A stretch of DNA of 64,000 nt from Parcubacteria group bacterium GW2011_GWB1_42_6 (GCA_000997475.1 LCEC01000001.1:375-64374), one strand, 5' to 3'; numbered from the stretch's first letter, positions 18,699-27,745 are shown. The notes: generated by a model not told the origin, from the letters alone. Numbers and translations: made by a program.

Positions 18699-20048
18699 CT
18701 ATCTTCCCCCTCCGCTCAAAACCGTTTTTACCGTCTTGAGAATTATCGCCGCTTCCAAAAACAAGGAGCGGTTTTTTATATAATATAAATCGTATTGAAG
18801 TTTTTGAAGAGTATCCTTGATTGAAGAGCCATAAGGATATTTTATCTGCGCCCAGCCGGTGAGTCCCGGTTTGATGGTGTGGCGGATTTGATAAAACGGG
18901 ATTTCGGAAAGTATTTCATTGGAGAAAGCAAACTCCGGGCGTTCCGGCCGCGGACCCACGAAAGACATGTCGCCTTTTAAGATATTCCAAAGCTGGGGAA
19001 GTTCATCAAGGCGCGTTTTGCGCAAAAAATTTCCCACTCGGGTTATTCGGCCGTCGTTTTTTTTGGCCCATTGGGCGCCGTTTTCTTCCGCGTTTTTAAT
19101 CATTGAGCGAAATTTTACGACTTCAAAAATTTTATTGTCCTGGCCCACTCTTTTTTGAGAATAAAAAATGGGACCGGAGCTGTCCAGTTTTATGGCCAGC
19201 GCTATAAACGGATAAAGAATCAGTGCGATAATTCCGCCCAAGATTGAAGCAATCATGTCAAAGACTCTTTTAACCGCCTCAAAGACGATTTTTTTTCCGG
19301 TCATCAAATTTTCCAGAAACCAAACTTCTTCGATCGCGGAAACCGGAACTTTGCCCGTGATTTTTTCGTAGAAACTGGGAAGATCCGCCAGAGTGATTTT
19401 AAGCGGTATGCATTGATAAAGATTGCGCACGAGCTCGCTGTTTTTGTGCGGATTGACGCTTGTGATAATCACCTGTATTCTGTCTTGGGCAATCACGTGC
19501 GTAAGATCATAAAGGATTTCCACTTCATTGGGTTCGACTATTTTTTTGATTCGATAGCCAAGCTGCGGGCTGTCATTGATGTATCTGATCAGTTCTTTGG
19601 CTTCTTGGCTTTGGCCGATGACCAGAACATTATTAAGCAGGGCTCGGCTTCTGATAAAACGGTTGAAAAATTGCCGCCAAGCGACGAATAAAACGGCGAA
19701 AATCAAAAGGTTTATGAAAAGATTGGTTTTGGGAGTAACCTTGAAAAAAGGAAAAAAATAAAAGAAAATTATCGCCAGTCCCGCGTCTATGGCCAGAACC
19801 TTGGCCAGAGTGATGAAAAAATAAAGATTATTGCGCGCCATGCTGATTTCGTAAAGCCCGATGATATAAAAAGCCAGAATCCAGAAAGCGTAAATAATGG
19901 AAAAGGGAAAAAAATGTTCCTGCCATTGAAGAGAGCAGTTTTGGCCGTAACGCAAAACAAGCGTTGCCAGGAGCGCCAGATATAGGATCGCGATATCCCC
20001 CGCGACCAATATGAAAACTTTTATCCTGCCAAGCAATGTGCTCATCAT
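18699..20048 (-). CDS. Polyprenyl-phosphate glycosylphosphotransferase (bacterial sugar transferase, WbaP/PglC-like initiating enzyme)
   Basis: Multi-TM N-terminus and C-terminal domain ..[35 protein letters not shown] typical of Bac_transf. Confidence 0.8.
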   Translation of the reverse strand: MMSTLLGRIKVFILVAGDIAILYLALLATLVLRYGQNCSLQWQEHFFPFSIIYAFWILAFYIIGLYEISMARNNLYFFITLAKVLAIDAGLAIIFFYFFPFFKVTPKTNLFINLLIFAVLFVAWRQFFNRFIRSRALLNNVLVIGQSQEAKELIRYINDSPQLGYRIKKIVEPNEVEILYDLTHVIAQDRIQVIITSVNPHKNSELVRNLYQCIPLKITLADLPSFYEKITGKVPVSAIEEVWFLENLMTGKKIVFEAVKRVFDMIASILGGIIALILYPFIALAIKLDSSGPIFYSQKRVGQDNKIFEVVKFRSMIKNAEENGAQWAKKNDGRITRVGNFLRKTRLDELPQLWNILKGDMSFVGPRPERPEFAFSNEILSEIPFYQIRHTIKPGLTGWAQIKYPYGSSIKDTLQKLQYDLYYIKNRSLFLEAAIILKTVKTVLSGGGR

Positions 20049-20122
20049 TTAAATTCTAACTAATTTTTTGGTTTTTGGCAATATTTTAAAAGATTGTTTT
20101 ATCTGATAAAATATAAGCGGTT

Positions 20123-21907
20123 ATGAAAAGATTAAATCGGAAAAGAAGCAGACTTTGGGTTTTTGGCTTGGCAAGCCTTGTTTTGTGTTTTATTTTTTTA
20201 GGATCGGCTTTGGCTGGCTCGGCGCAGGCGTTTTTTCCCGGAGAAACAAAAGGTTTTAACATTAACTCGGAATATGATTATTTCGGAAGAAATTCAATCA
20301 GCGCGACTTTAAGGCAAGCGGGCGACAAAGCTCTTTTTTACGTGGATGATGAATTGTGGAACAGCGGAGGCAATGATCAAATAAATTCCGCCGTTTTGAA
20401 ATTATTGAGCGAATTTGACGAAATCATTTATCCCCGCGTGACCAAGGTTTTTGGCGCGGAATGGAATCCGGGCATAGACAACGAGGGAAGAATCACCATT
20501 CTTCTTTTTAAAATGAAAGACATCGCCGGCGGTTATTTTAACACAATCGATGAATTTCCAAAAAGCGTTTTTCCTTTGTCAAATGAAAGAGAGATGGTTT
20601 ATCTCAATTCCAATTTCTTGGGCACGGCCAGAATAAACAATTTTCTGGCCCATGAATTTCAGCACCTGATAAATTATTATCAAAAAGAAAAACTTCGCGG
20701 AGTCGTGGAGGATATTTGGCTCAATGAAGCAAGATCGGAATATGCGCCGACTCTTTGCGGCTACGACGAGGCGTTGGCGGGGAGCAATTTGGAAAAAAGA
20801 TCGCGCGAATTTATCCAGAATTCTTCCGATTCTTTAACCGAATGGCGGGAAAAAATCGGCGACTACGGATCGGTTAACCTTTTTATGCAATATCTGATGA
20901 GCCGCTACGGGGAGGTTTTTTTGAAGGAAACCATGAGGTCGGAAAAAACCGGCATTGCCAGCATCAATGACGCCCTGGAAAAGCTTGGGTTCAAAGAAAA
21001 ATTCGAAGATGTTTTTATGAACTGGCTTGTCGCCAATTACGCCAATGACTGCCTGCTGGGAGAACAAAAGATTTTTTGCTATCTTAATTCCAATCTGGCC
21101 GATTTTAAAATTATTCCCAACCTCACGACTTTTCTTCTTCCGGTCAAAAACAAAATTTTTTCTTTTTCCGACAATACCAAGGATTGGTCGGGGCGCTGGT
21201 ACAGGATTTCAGGCGGCGGCGAAAATTTGGATTTAAAGCTGGAATTTAAAAGTCAAACGGGCGAAAATTTCAAGGCGGCGGTTTTGGTTTTGAAATCGGA
21301 CGGAAAAAAAGAAATTCAGTTTTTTTCAACCGATCCGGAAGGAAAATTTTGGAAAATTTTTAAGGGTTTTGGCAGTGAAATTGATTCGATCGTTCTTATC
21401 CCTTTCAGCTACGGAAAAAAAGAAAATTTTACCGCCAATGAATCTTTGAAAAATTTTTCTTATTCCATGGAACTTGGAGAAACCGGTTCTTTGGCCGTTG
21501 CCCCCGTTTTAACGCCTTCTCCGGCCGTTTCTTCCGTTTCCCAAAAAATTCCTTCATATCCGGACGGCTCATTGATTCGGGCCGAGGAAGATTACAAGGT
21601 TTACGTGATCAAAGGAAACTTCAAAAGATGGATCCAGTCTCCCCAAATATTGCTTTCGTATTCGCATTGGGATTGGAACAAGATTATCAAAGTTTCAACG
21701 GCTGATCGTGATTGGTATAAAGACGCCGGCTTGATTCGGGCGGAAAATGATTATAAAGTCTATGAAGCGAACGGAGATATGAGCAAACACTGGCTCAATA
21801 TCAGCACCCGGCAATTCACGGATTCCGGAAGAGATTGGAATATGATATTTGCGGTGAATAAGGCGGAACTGGATCTTTATAAAACGGGAGCGGATGTGAT
21901 GAGATAA
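20123..21907 (+). CDS. Secreted protein with HExxH zinc-metallopeptidase-like motif and C-terminal tandem repeats
   Basis: Signal peptide MKRLNRKRSRLWVFGLASLVLCFIFLGSALA; LAHEFQHLINY; C-terminal duplicated ~45-aa segments (LIRAEEDYKVYVIKGNFKRW / LIRAENDYKVYEANGDMSKHW). Confidence 0.45.
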   Translation: MKRLNRKRSRLWVFGLASLVLCFIFLGSALAGSAQAFFPGETKGFNINSEYDYFGRNSISATLRQAGDKALFYVDDELWNSGGNDQINSAVLKLLSEFDEIIYPRVTKVFGAEWNPGIDNEGRITILLFKMKDIAGGYFNTIDEFPKSVFPLSNEREMVYLNSNFLGTARINNFLAHEFQHLINYYQKEKLRGVVEDIWLNEARSEYAPTLCGYDEALAGSNLEKRSREFIQNSSDSLTEWREKIGDYGSVNLFMQYLMSRYGEVFLKETMRSEKTGIASINDALEKLGFKEKFEDVFMNWLVANYANDCLLGEQKIFCYLNSNLADFKIIPNLTTFLLPVKNKIFSFSDNTKDWSGRWYRISGGGENLDLKLEFKSQTGENFKAAVLVLKSDGKKEIQFFSTDPEGKFWKIFKGFGSEIDSIVLIPFSYGKKENFTANESLKNFSYSMELGETGSLAVAPVLTPSPAVSSVSQKIPSYPDGSLIRAEEDYKVYVIKGNFKRWIQSPQILLSYSHWDWNKIIKVSTADRDWYKDAGLIRAENDYKVYEANGDMSKHWLNISTRQFTDSGRDWNMIFAVNKAELDLYKTGADVMR

Positions 21908-22039
21908 TTTTCAAATTGCAAATTCTCCTCCTTCGCTCCTTCGGAGCTTCGGAAGGACATGGCAATTTCCAATTAAGGATGAAACTATTTATATAACTCC
22001 CCCAACCCCCTCTTATCTAAGAGGGGGAATCCGCCAAGA

Positions 22040-22135
22040 GAGTTTTATTCAGAAATTAGGCATTAAGAATTTTATCGTTTTATTGGAAATTATAATTTGT
22101 AATTTGGAAATTAAGAAAAATTTATCAATAAAGCA
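22040..22135. repeat. GGAAATT/AATTAGGCATT repeat block upstream of murB (related block at 23090-23235)
   Basis: aattaggcatt and tttgtaatttggaaatt are shared with the downstream block. Confidence 0.5.
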
Positions 22136-22150
22136 AATTAATTCATACAG

Positions 22151-23089
22151 ATGTTTTCCGTTGATGATATTCAACAAAACGTTCCCCTCTCTTCCTTCGC
22201 CACCTTCCGCATCGGCGGAGCGGCTAAGTATTTTTTGGTTGTCAAAACAAGAGAAGAATTGATTAAAGCGGTAAAATGGGCGCGTGAAAACGATTTGTCG
22301 TATTTTGTTTTGGGAGGCGGCAGCAATATTTTAATTTCGGAAAAAGGTTTCAGTGGTCTTGTTATAAAAAACGAATCGAACGGTTTAAAAATTGGCGAAA
22401 TGGAAGACGGAAAACTAAAAGTGAAGTGCGATTCGGGAGTTATGACGGCCAAAATAGTTTTTGAGACAACAAAGCTTGGTTACTCCGGAGCCGAATGGGG
22501 ATTCGGAATTCCCGGCACGATCGGCGGGGCGATTTGCGGCAATGCCGGCCGTTTGGGCCGGGAAACATCGCAAATCGTGGAAAGCGTCACAATGCTCGGC
22601 GGCGACTTATCGGAGAAAGAAATCGCCAAAAGCGAATGCGGATTTGAATATCGCTCAAGCCGATTCAAAAAAAATCAAGAAATTGTTTTAGGGGCGGAGC
22701 TGGAGTTTGTCAAAAAATCGAAAGAAGAAATTAATTCGGTTCTCAATGAGGCCAAAGAAATCGTCCGGCAAGGCGCTCCTTTTCCTTCGGCCGGCTGCGC
22801 GTTTAAAAACTATGTTGTGAGGCAAAATGACCCGCTTTTGCTGAATCACCCGGATTTAAATGAAAAAGTCAGGGGCGGAAAAATCGGCGTGGGATTTTTG
22901 ATTGATCAGAGCGGGCTTAAAGGCCGTAAAATAGGCGGAGCGCGAATTTGGGAAGGGCACGCCAATTATATTGTGAACGCGGGCGGCGCAAAATCGGGCG
23001 ATGTTTTGGAACTGATAAAATTGGCCAAAGAAAAAGTTAAAGAAAAATTCGGAATTGAACTTGAAGAAGAAATCAGGGTAATAAAATAA
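22151..23089 (+). CDS. murB: UDP-N-acetylenolpyruvoylglucosamine reductase MurB
   Basis: FAD-binding N-terminus (FATFRIGGAAKYF..LGGGSNIL) and MurB C-terminal domain. Confidence 0.8.
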   Translation: MFSVDDIQQNVPLSSFATFRIGGAAKYFLVVKTREELIKAVKWARENDLSYFVLGGGSNILISEKGFSGLVIKNESNGLKIGEMEDGKLKVKCDSGVMTAKIVFETTKLGYSGAEWGFGIPGTIGGAICGNAGRLGRETSQIVESVTMLGGDLSEKEIAKSECGFEYRSSRFKKNQEIVLGAELEFVKKSKEEINSVLNEAKEIVRQGAPFPSAGCAFKNYVVRQNDPLLLNHPDLNEKVRGGKIGVGFLIDQSGLKGRKIGGARIWEGHANYIVNAGGAKSGDVLELIKLAKEKVKEKFGIELEEEIRVIK

Positions 23090-23284
23090 TTTCCAAATTA
23101 CAATTTCCAATTTCCAAACGATTCCGAATTTTGAGCTTAAGATCAGAATTCGGAAATATTGGAAATTTAAGAATTAGGCATTTCATTAGAAATTGGGATT
23201 TGTAATTTGGAAATTTTCTATTGCATTCTTTTCCAAAAAGCTTATTATGAAAATATAAGCTTTTTTAATTGTTAAAAAATTTTA

Positions 23285-23313
23285 TTTACATTTGAAAAAA
23301 TAAAATATATAAT
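23285..23313 (+). promoter_or_regulatory. Sigma70-like promoter upstream of hpf
   Basis: TTTACA, 17-nt spacer, TATAAT; lies 30 nt upstream of the hpf ATG. Confidence 0.5.
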
Positions 23314-23343
23314 TAAAAAAGATTTTTTAAACTATAAAAAATC

Positions 23344-23760
23344 ATGAAAATAAATTTCAAAGCGAAGGATTTGGAATTGAACGAAGAGATAAAAAATCTC
23401 GTTGAAAAAAAGCTGGAGACTTTGCGAAGATTTTTTCAAGCGAGCGATCCGGAAGCCGTGCTTGCCGAAGTTGAACTTTCGCGGACCACTCTTCATCATC
23501 AAAACGCTCAAGATCTTTTTCGGGCGGAAATAAATCTAACCATCGCCGGAAAAATGTTTCGGGCGGAATCGGAGCAATCCGATCTCCGCACGGCGCTTGA
23601 AGAAACCCGCGATGATTTGGAAAGAGAGATAAATAAATTTAAAACCAAAAGGGAGACTGTTTTTATTCGAGGCGCGCGCAGCATAAAAAAGGCTTTGAGC
23701 CTTTCGCCCTTAGCGCGTTTCAATAGAAAGTCGCAAAATAAAGAAGATGGTACCGAATAA
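23344..23760 (+). CDS. hpf: Ribosome hibernation promoting factor (HPF/RaiA/YfiA family)
   Basis: [31 protein letters not shown].. matches the HPF N-terminal domain. Confidence 0.75.
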   Translation: MKINFKAKDLELNEEIKNLVEKKLETLRRFFQASDPEAVLAEVELSRTTLHHQNAQDLFRAEINLTIAGKMFRAESEQSDLRTALEETRDDLEREINKFKTKRETVFIRGARSIKKALSLSPLARFNRKSQNKEDGTE

Positions 23761-24304
23761 AGTGTTTTTCACCAAAGGAGTCGGCGTTCATAAGGAATAC
23801 TTGATGTCTTTTGAGTTGGCGCTCCGCGACGCGGGAATCGCTCCGTTTAATTTGGTGACGGTTTCAAGCATTTACCCTCCGGGTTGCAAAAGAATCAGCC
23901 GCGAAGAAGGATTAAAAATCATAAAACCCGGGCAAATTCTTTTTGTCGTGATGAGCCGCAATGCCACCAATGAACCAAACAGACTTATGGCTTCATCCGT
24001 TGGTTGCGCCATTCCGGCGGATGCCGATCAATATGGTTATCTTTCCGAGCATCATTCTTTTGGAGAAAATGATCAGAAAGCCGGAGATTACGCCGAGGAT
24101 TTGGCGGCTTCAATGCTAGCTTCAATCCTTGGCATCGAATTTAATTCGGATTCAGCTTGGGACGAAAGGGAACAGCTTTACAAAATGGGCGGCAAAATCG
24201 TCAAAACCACCAATGTCACGCAGTCGGCTTTGGGCAATAAAGACGGATTTTGGACAACGGTTTTGGCGGCGGCGGTTTTAGTGATGCCCGAAGACGAAAA
24301 GTGA
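23747..24304 (+). CDS. pdaD: Pyruvoyl-dependent arginine decarboxylase (PdaD, archaeal type)
   Basis: [24 protein letters not shown] with the Ser-Ser self-cleavage site characteristic of PdaD; 185 aa. Confidence 0.75.
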   Translation: MVPNKVFFTKGVGVHKEYLMSFELALRDAGIAPFNLVTVSSIYPPGCKRISREEGLKIIKPGQILFVVMSRNATNEPNRLMASSVGCAIPADADQYGYLSEHHSFGENDQKAGDYAEDLAASMLASILGIEFNSDSAWDEREQLYKMGGKIVKTTNVTQSALGNKDGFWTTVLAAAVLVMPEDEK

Positions 24305-24309
24305 GTGTC

Positions 24310-24392
24310 ACCCTACGGAATTACGGATTGGTACGGATATTACGGATTTGATTTATCTGTATAATCCGTATATATCTGTAATTCAGTAGGGT
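24310..24392. repeat. TACGGAT direct/inverted heptamer array (copy 1)
   Basis: ccctacggaattacggattggtacggatattacggatt..taatccgtatat..gtagggtt. Confidence 0.6.
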
Positions 24393-24452
24393 TATGAAAC
24401 CTCGCCATAATTAACAAGAGTTAATTAACTCAAGAAAACCCGGCGGAGGGCC

Positions 24453-25694
24453 GTGATTTTCTTTTGGTTTATGAAGCATTTAACTAAAAGATTGGTTGGG
24501 CCCCGCGTTCTCAACGAACCGATTACCGGCTCGGAAACAACGGCGGAGCTGTTTGAAAAGGCGTTTGGCGCTTATGTCGGGCGCGAAGTAAAAACCGCCT
24601 ACAATATAATCAAGCGTATGGTTGAAAAAGATCACACGGTTGTTTTGGCGATTTCAGGAGCGATGACGCCGGCTGATTTTGTCGTGCCCTGCGTGATTCC
24701 CTTGATTAAATCGGGAATCGTGGATGTCATAACCACTACCGGCGCCAATATCTATCATGATGTGCAGCGTCTTGAAAGCGACGATTGGTTTCAGGTCAAT
24801 CCTAATGAAGGCGATTTGAAATTGCGCAAAGCGGGTTGGACGAGAATTTATGACACCGCTTTTCCCGAAGACGATCTTTGGGCGACGGATAATCTGATTA
24901 TTGATCTTGTCCGCCGGTCGGATTTCGCCCATCAGATGACAACCACGCAATTTCATTATCTTTTAGGCGAGCATCTTTCCAAGCACGGACGGAGAAGATT
25001 CGCCACGGCCGATTTAAACCGCAGCTTGCTGGTTCAAGCTTATCGGCATAAAATTCCGATATTTTGCGGCGCGCCACAAGACGGTTCAATATTTTTGAAT
25101 TTGGCTTTTCTCAAAAGAAAGCTTGGCCCCAAATACAAATTCGGCATTGATATGGAACTTGATATCCATGAATTCGGCGCTTTCCACTATTTCGCCAAAA
25201 ATAAGAGATCAAAAAAATTATCGGTGATAATTTTGGGCGGCGGAGTGCCTAAAAATTATTCTTTGCAGCCCGAGCCGTATTTGACGCAAATTTGCGGAAT
25301 TGACGCGGGTGGCTACGATATGGATGTTCAAATCTCCGACGCTCACGTTCAAAACGGCGGGCTTTCTTCCTGCACGGCCTCCGAAGCTCACACTTGGGGA
25401 AAGACTTCGGAGGCGTGTTTAAAAAATTCCCAATATGTTTTTGCCGATGTCACTTCCACTTTTCCTTTTATCGTTCACGCTTTGATGCAGGAAGAATTGG
25501 AGAAGGAACCTCGCAGACTGATGGAGCATCGCGATGAAGCGATTGAACTTTTGGACAAGGTTCTCAAAAGAAAAACCTTAAGGGAATACTATCTCAAAGG
25601 AAAAGTTAAAAAAGGCGAACTGCATCCGGAAGCTCATTTTGGATCAAACCACGCCGGCCATGTTGAAAAAACGGCCGACAATCCGGAGGCGTAA
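24453..25694 (+). CDS. Deoxyhypusine synthase-like protein (DHS family; possible homospermidine synthase)
   Basis: ..VVLAISGAMTPADF..IVDVITTTGANIYHD.. resembles the DHS NAD-binding core; probable start MKHLTKRL at 24471. Confidence 0.65.
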   Translation: MIFFWFMKHLTKRLVGPRVLNEPITGSETTAELFEKAFGAYVGREVKTAYNIIKRMVEKDHTVVLAISGAMTPADFVVPCVIPLIKSGIVDVITTTGANIYHDVQRLESDDWFQVNPNEGDLKLRKAGWTRIYDTAFPEDDLWATDNLIIDLVRRSDFAHQMTTTQFHYLLGEHLSKHGRRRFATADLNRSLLVQAYRHKIPIFCGAPQDGSIFLNLAFLKRKLGPKYKFGIDMELDIHEFGAFHYFAKNKRSKKLSVIILGGGVPKNYSLQPEPYLTQICGIDAGGYDMDVQISDAHVQNGGLSSCTASEAHTWGKTSEACLKNSQYVFADVTSTFPFIVHALMQEELEKEPRRLMEHRDEAIELLDKVLKRKTLREYYLKGKVKKGELHPEAHFGSNHAGHVEKTADNPEA

Positions 25695-25695
25695 A

Positions 25696-25818
25696 TTATC
25701 GCGGATCTGACGCGGATCTTTGGACTGTGCCGCGGATAAACGCGGATTTTCAACCGCTCGGCGCCGTTGACGGATTTCTATTCGTAATTGGTTTTAAATT
25801 CGTAATTAGTGAGGATTC
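25696..25818. promoter_or_regulatory. CGCGGAT x4 array followed by a tandem ATTCGTAATTRG module upstream of the agmatinase gene
   Basis: cgcggatctgacgcggatc..ccgcggataaacgcggatttt .. attcgtaattggttttaaattcgtaattagtGAGGAttcATG. Confidence 0.5.
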
Positions 25819-26763
25819 ATGAATTTTCTCGACATCAATCAATCTTACAAAAACGCGAAATTCGTTGTCGCGCCTTTTGGCTTTGAAGCCACCACGAGTT
25901 ATGGCGGAGGAACGAATAAAGGCCCGGCGGCAATAATCAAAGCCAGCGCCCAGGTTGAGCTTTTCGACGAAGAACTCTGGCGGGAAATCTACAAAAAGAC
26001 AGGCATTTTCACTTTGCCCGCAATAAAACCCGCCAAAAATATTCCCGGCGCCAAGAAACAGATTTCAAAAATAATCTCAAAAATTCTTGCGGATAAAAAA
26101 ATCCCGATTGTTTTGGGCGGCGAACATAGCATCACGCCTATGATAGTTGAAACATTTTCGGATTTCCTCCTCCCCTCGTCGAGGGGAGGCCATGGAGGGG
26201 TAATTAATCCTAAAATTACCTCCCCCGAACCCCTCCCTAAAAAGGAGGGAAGGAATTCCGCCGCTTCTTTCTCCATCCTCCAATTTGACGCCCACGCCGA
26301 TTTGCGCGATGGCTACTTGGGGCAAAAATATTCCCACGCGGCCGCCATGCGCCGATGTTTGGATAATGAGGGTGTTAATTTAGTCCAAGTCGGGATCAGG
26401 AACATCAGCAACGAAAATGATGAGTTGGTTTTTTGGGAAGCAAACAAAGATCGCATTAAAACTTTCTGGGCCAAAGATAAAAAAAATTGGAAGCTTTCCG
26501 AAATTATGGGTTCTCTTAGGGAAAATGTTTATTTAACCTTTGATGTTGACGCTTTTGATTCTTCGATTATGCCTTCAACCGGCACGCCCGAACCCGGAGG
26601 ATTGGATTGGTACGAAGTGATGGATATTTTGCGCGAAGTCGCCAAAACCAAAAACATCATCGGCATGGATTTTGTGGAGCTCGCTCCCATTAAAACCCTT
26701 CCCGCGCCGGATTTTTTGGTCGCCAAGATGATTTATAAGACGATAGGGTATATTTTAAAATAA
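25819..26763 (+). CDS. Agmatinase/arginase-family ureohydrolase
   Basis: Metal-binding motifs GGEHSIT, FDAHADL, SFDVDAFD; carries an in-frame palindromic insertion at 26166-26252. Confidence 0.75.
   Translation: MNFLDINQSYKNAKFVVAPFGFEATTSYGGGTNKGPAAIIKASAQVELFDEELWREIYKKTGIFTLPAIKPAKNIPGAKKQISKIISKILADKKIPIVLGGEHSITPMIVETFSDFLLPSSRGGHGGVINPKITSPEPLPKKEGRNSAASFSILQFDAHADLRDGYLGQKYSHAAAMRRCLDNEGVNLVQVGIRNISNENDELVFWEANKDRIKTFWAKDKKNWKLSEIMGSLRENVYLTFDVDAFDSSIMPSTGTPEPGGLDWYEVMDILREVAKTKNIIGMDFVELAPIKTLPAPDFLVAKMIYKTIGYILK
26166..26252. repeat. In-frame composite of three GC-rich hairpins inside the agmatinase gene
   Basis: cctcccctc-gtc-gaggggagg, ggaggggtaatt..aattacctcccc, ccctccc-taaaaa-ggaggg; the region encodes SSRGGHGGVINPKITSPEPLPKKEGRN. 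Confidence 0.6.
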
Positions 26764-26777
26764 TTCATCGGATAGTA

Positions 26778-26806
26778 AAGAGACCTTAAAACGGTCTTTT
26801 TTTATT
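26778..26806 (+). terminator. Putative rho-independent terminator after agmatinase
   Basis: Short hairpin agacc/ggtct followed by a T7 run. Confidence 0.45.
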
Positions 26807-26925
26807 TCAGATCCTTAATATTGACAAAACATGTATAATATGATAAAATGTAATAATAAGGGATATCAAACCAAAGGCAAAAGGATAGTTCTTATTCATA
26901 TCAAAAACCAGTAAGGGAGGTTATT

Positions 26926-27708
26926 ATGAAGCCGTTTTGGTTCAATTTGACGCGCAAGGTGTTGAAGTGGGCAATGGGAACGGATCGGATTGAAGTCTCT
27001 CTCAGGCCGGCTGAAAAATTCCAAGGTTCTGTAAAAATTCTCGGCATATCGGGAAGTCCGCGCGGCAGAAAGAGCCGGAGCTATAAAATGATGGCGAAGG
27101 TTCTGGAACATGCCCGGGTATTCGGCGCCCAAACGCAGGAGATCATTCTCTGTGAAAAGACGATGAAACCTTGTGAGGGGTGTCTCTCTGATCCGGACAA
27201 GGAATGCACATTTCCGTGTATTCATTGCGAGGACGATACGAACGAAATTCTCCAAATGATGATCGATGCGGACGCATTTGTTTTTGCCACACCGATTCAC
27301 TGGGCGGCGCCTTCGGCCATCATGAAAATCCTCATTGATAAGATGATCTCCCTCGAGGAGAATCATTATGAGATCGCAATGAGTGATGGTCGCGAGCCAC
27401 TGCTTGGCAAACCATGCGCCTTGATCGCTTCGCAAGAAGGAGACGGCGCAACCGGCGCGCTCGGTTGGATGGCGGCGGAACTACGGGAAATGGGAGTTTG
27501 GACTATTCCCTGGGGCCAGACTTTCAAACCCGCCCTTCTGGAAAAGAAAATCGTGAAGCTCGGAATGTTTGCCCTGGGGGAACGCAAGTTCGAGTGGATC
27601 GAAAATAACCTGGCGGCGGCGGGAAGAAACCTTGCTTTGGTCACCAGACTCCTTAAAGAAAGCGGTTATAAGTGGGACGATTACGATGTAATCGAACCCA
27701 ATTGTTAA
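26926..27708 (+). CDS. Flavodoxin-like NADPH-dependent FMN reductase / iron-sulfur flavoprotein-like
   Basis: KILGISGSPRG..(FMN_red-like) with a CEGC..C..C cysteine cluster; strong SD AAGGGAGG upstream; GC-richer than its surroundings. Confidence 0.55.
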   Translation: MKPFWFNLTRKVLKWAMGTDRIEVSLRPAEKFQGSVKILGISGSPRGRKSRSYKMMAKVLEHARVFGAQTQEIILCEKTMKPCEGCLSDPDKECTFPCIHCEDDTNEILQMMIDADAFVFATPIHWAAPSAIMKILIDKMISLEENHYEIAMSDGREPLLGKPCALIASQEGDGATGALGWMAAELREMGVWTIPWGQTFKPALLEKKIVKLGMFALGERKFEWIENNLAAAGRNLALVTRLLKESGYKWDDYDVIEPNC

Positions 27709-27711
27709 AGA

Positions 27712-27745
27712 ATAAAAGGCTGTGAAATTCACAGCCTTTTTAAAT
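27712..27745 (+). terminator. Rho-independent terminator
   Basis: Hairpin aaggctgtg/cacagcctt followed by a T-run. Confidence 0.6.

Noticed and set aside
22040-23235. Possible CRISPR array from the short direct repeats (GGAAATT, TACGGAT, GCGAAT arrays)
   Set aside because: The units are 6-9 nt with irregular, mostly palindromic arrangement. There are no 25-40-nt repeats with unique spacers and no cas genes.
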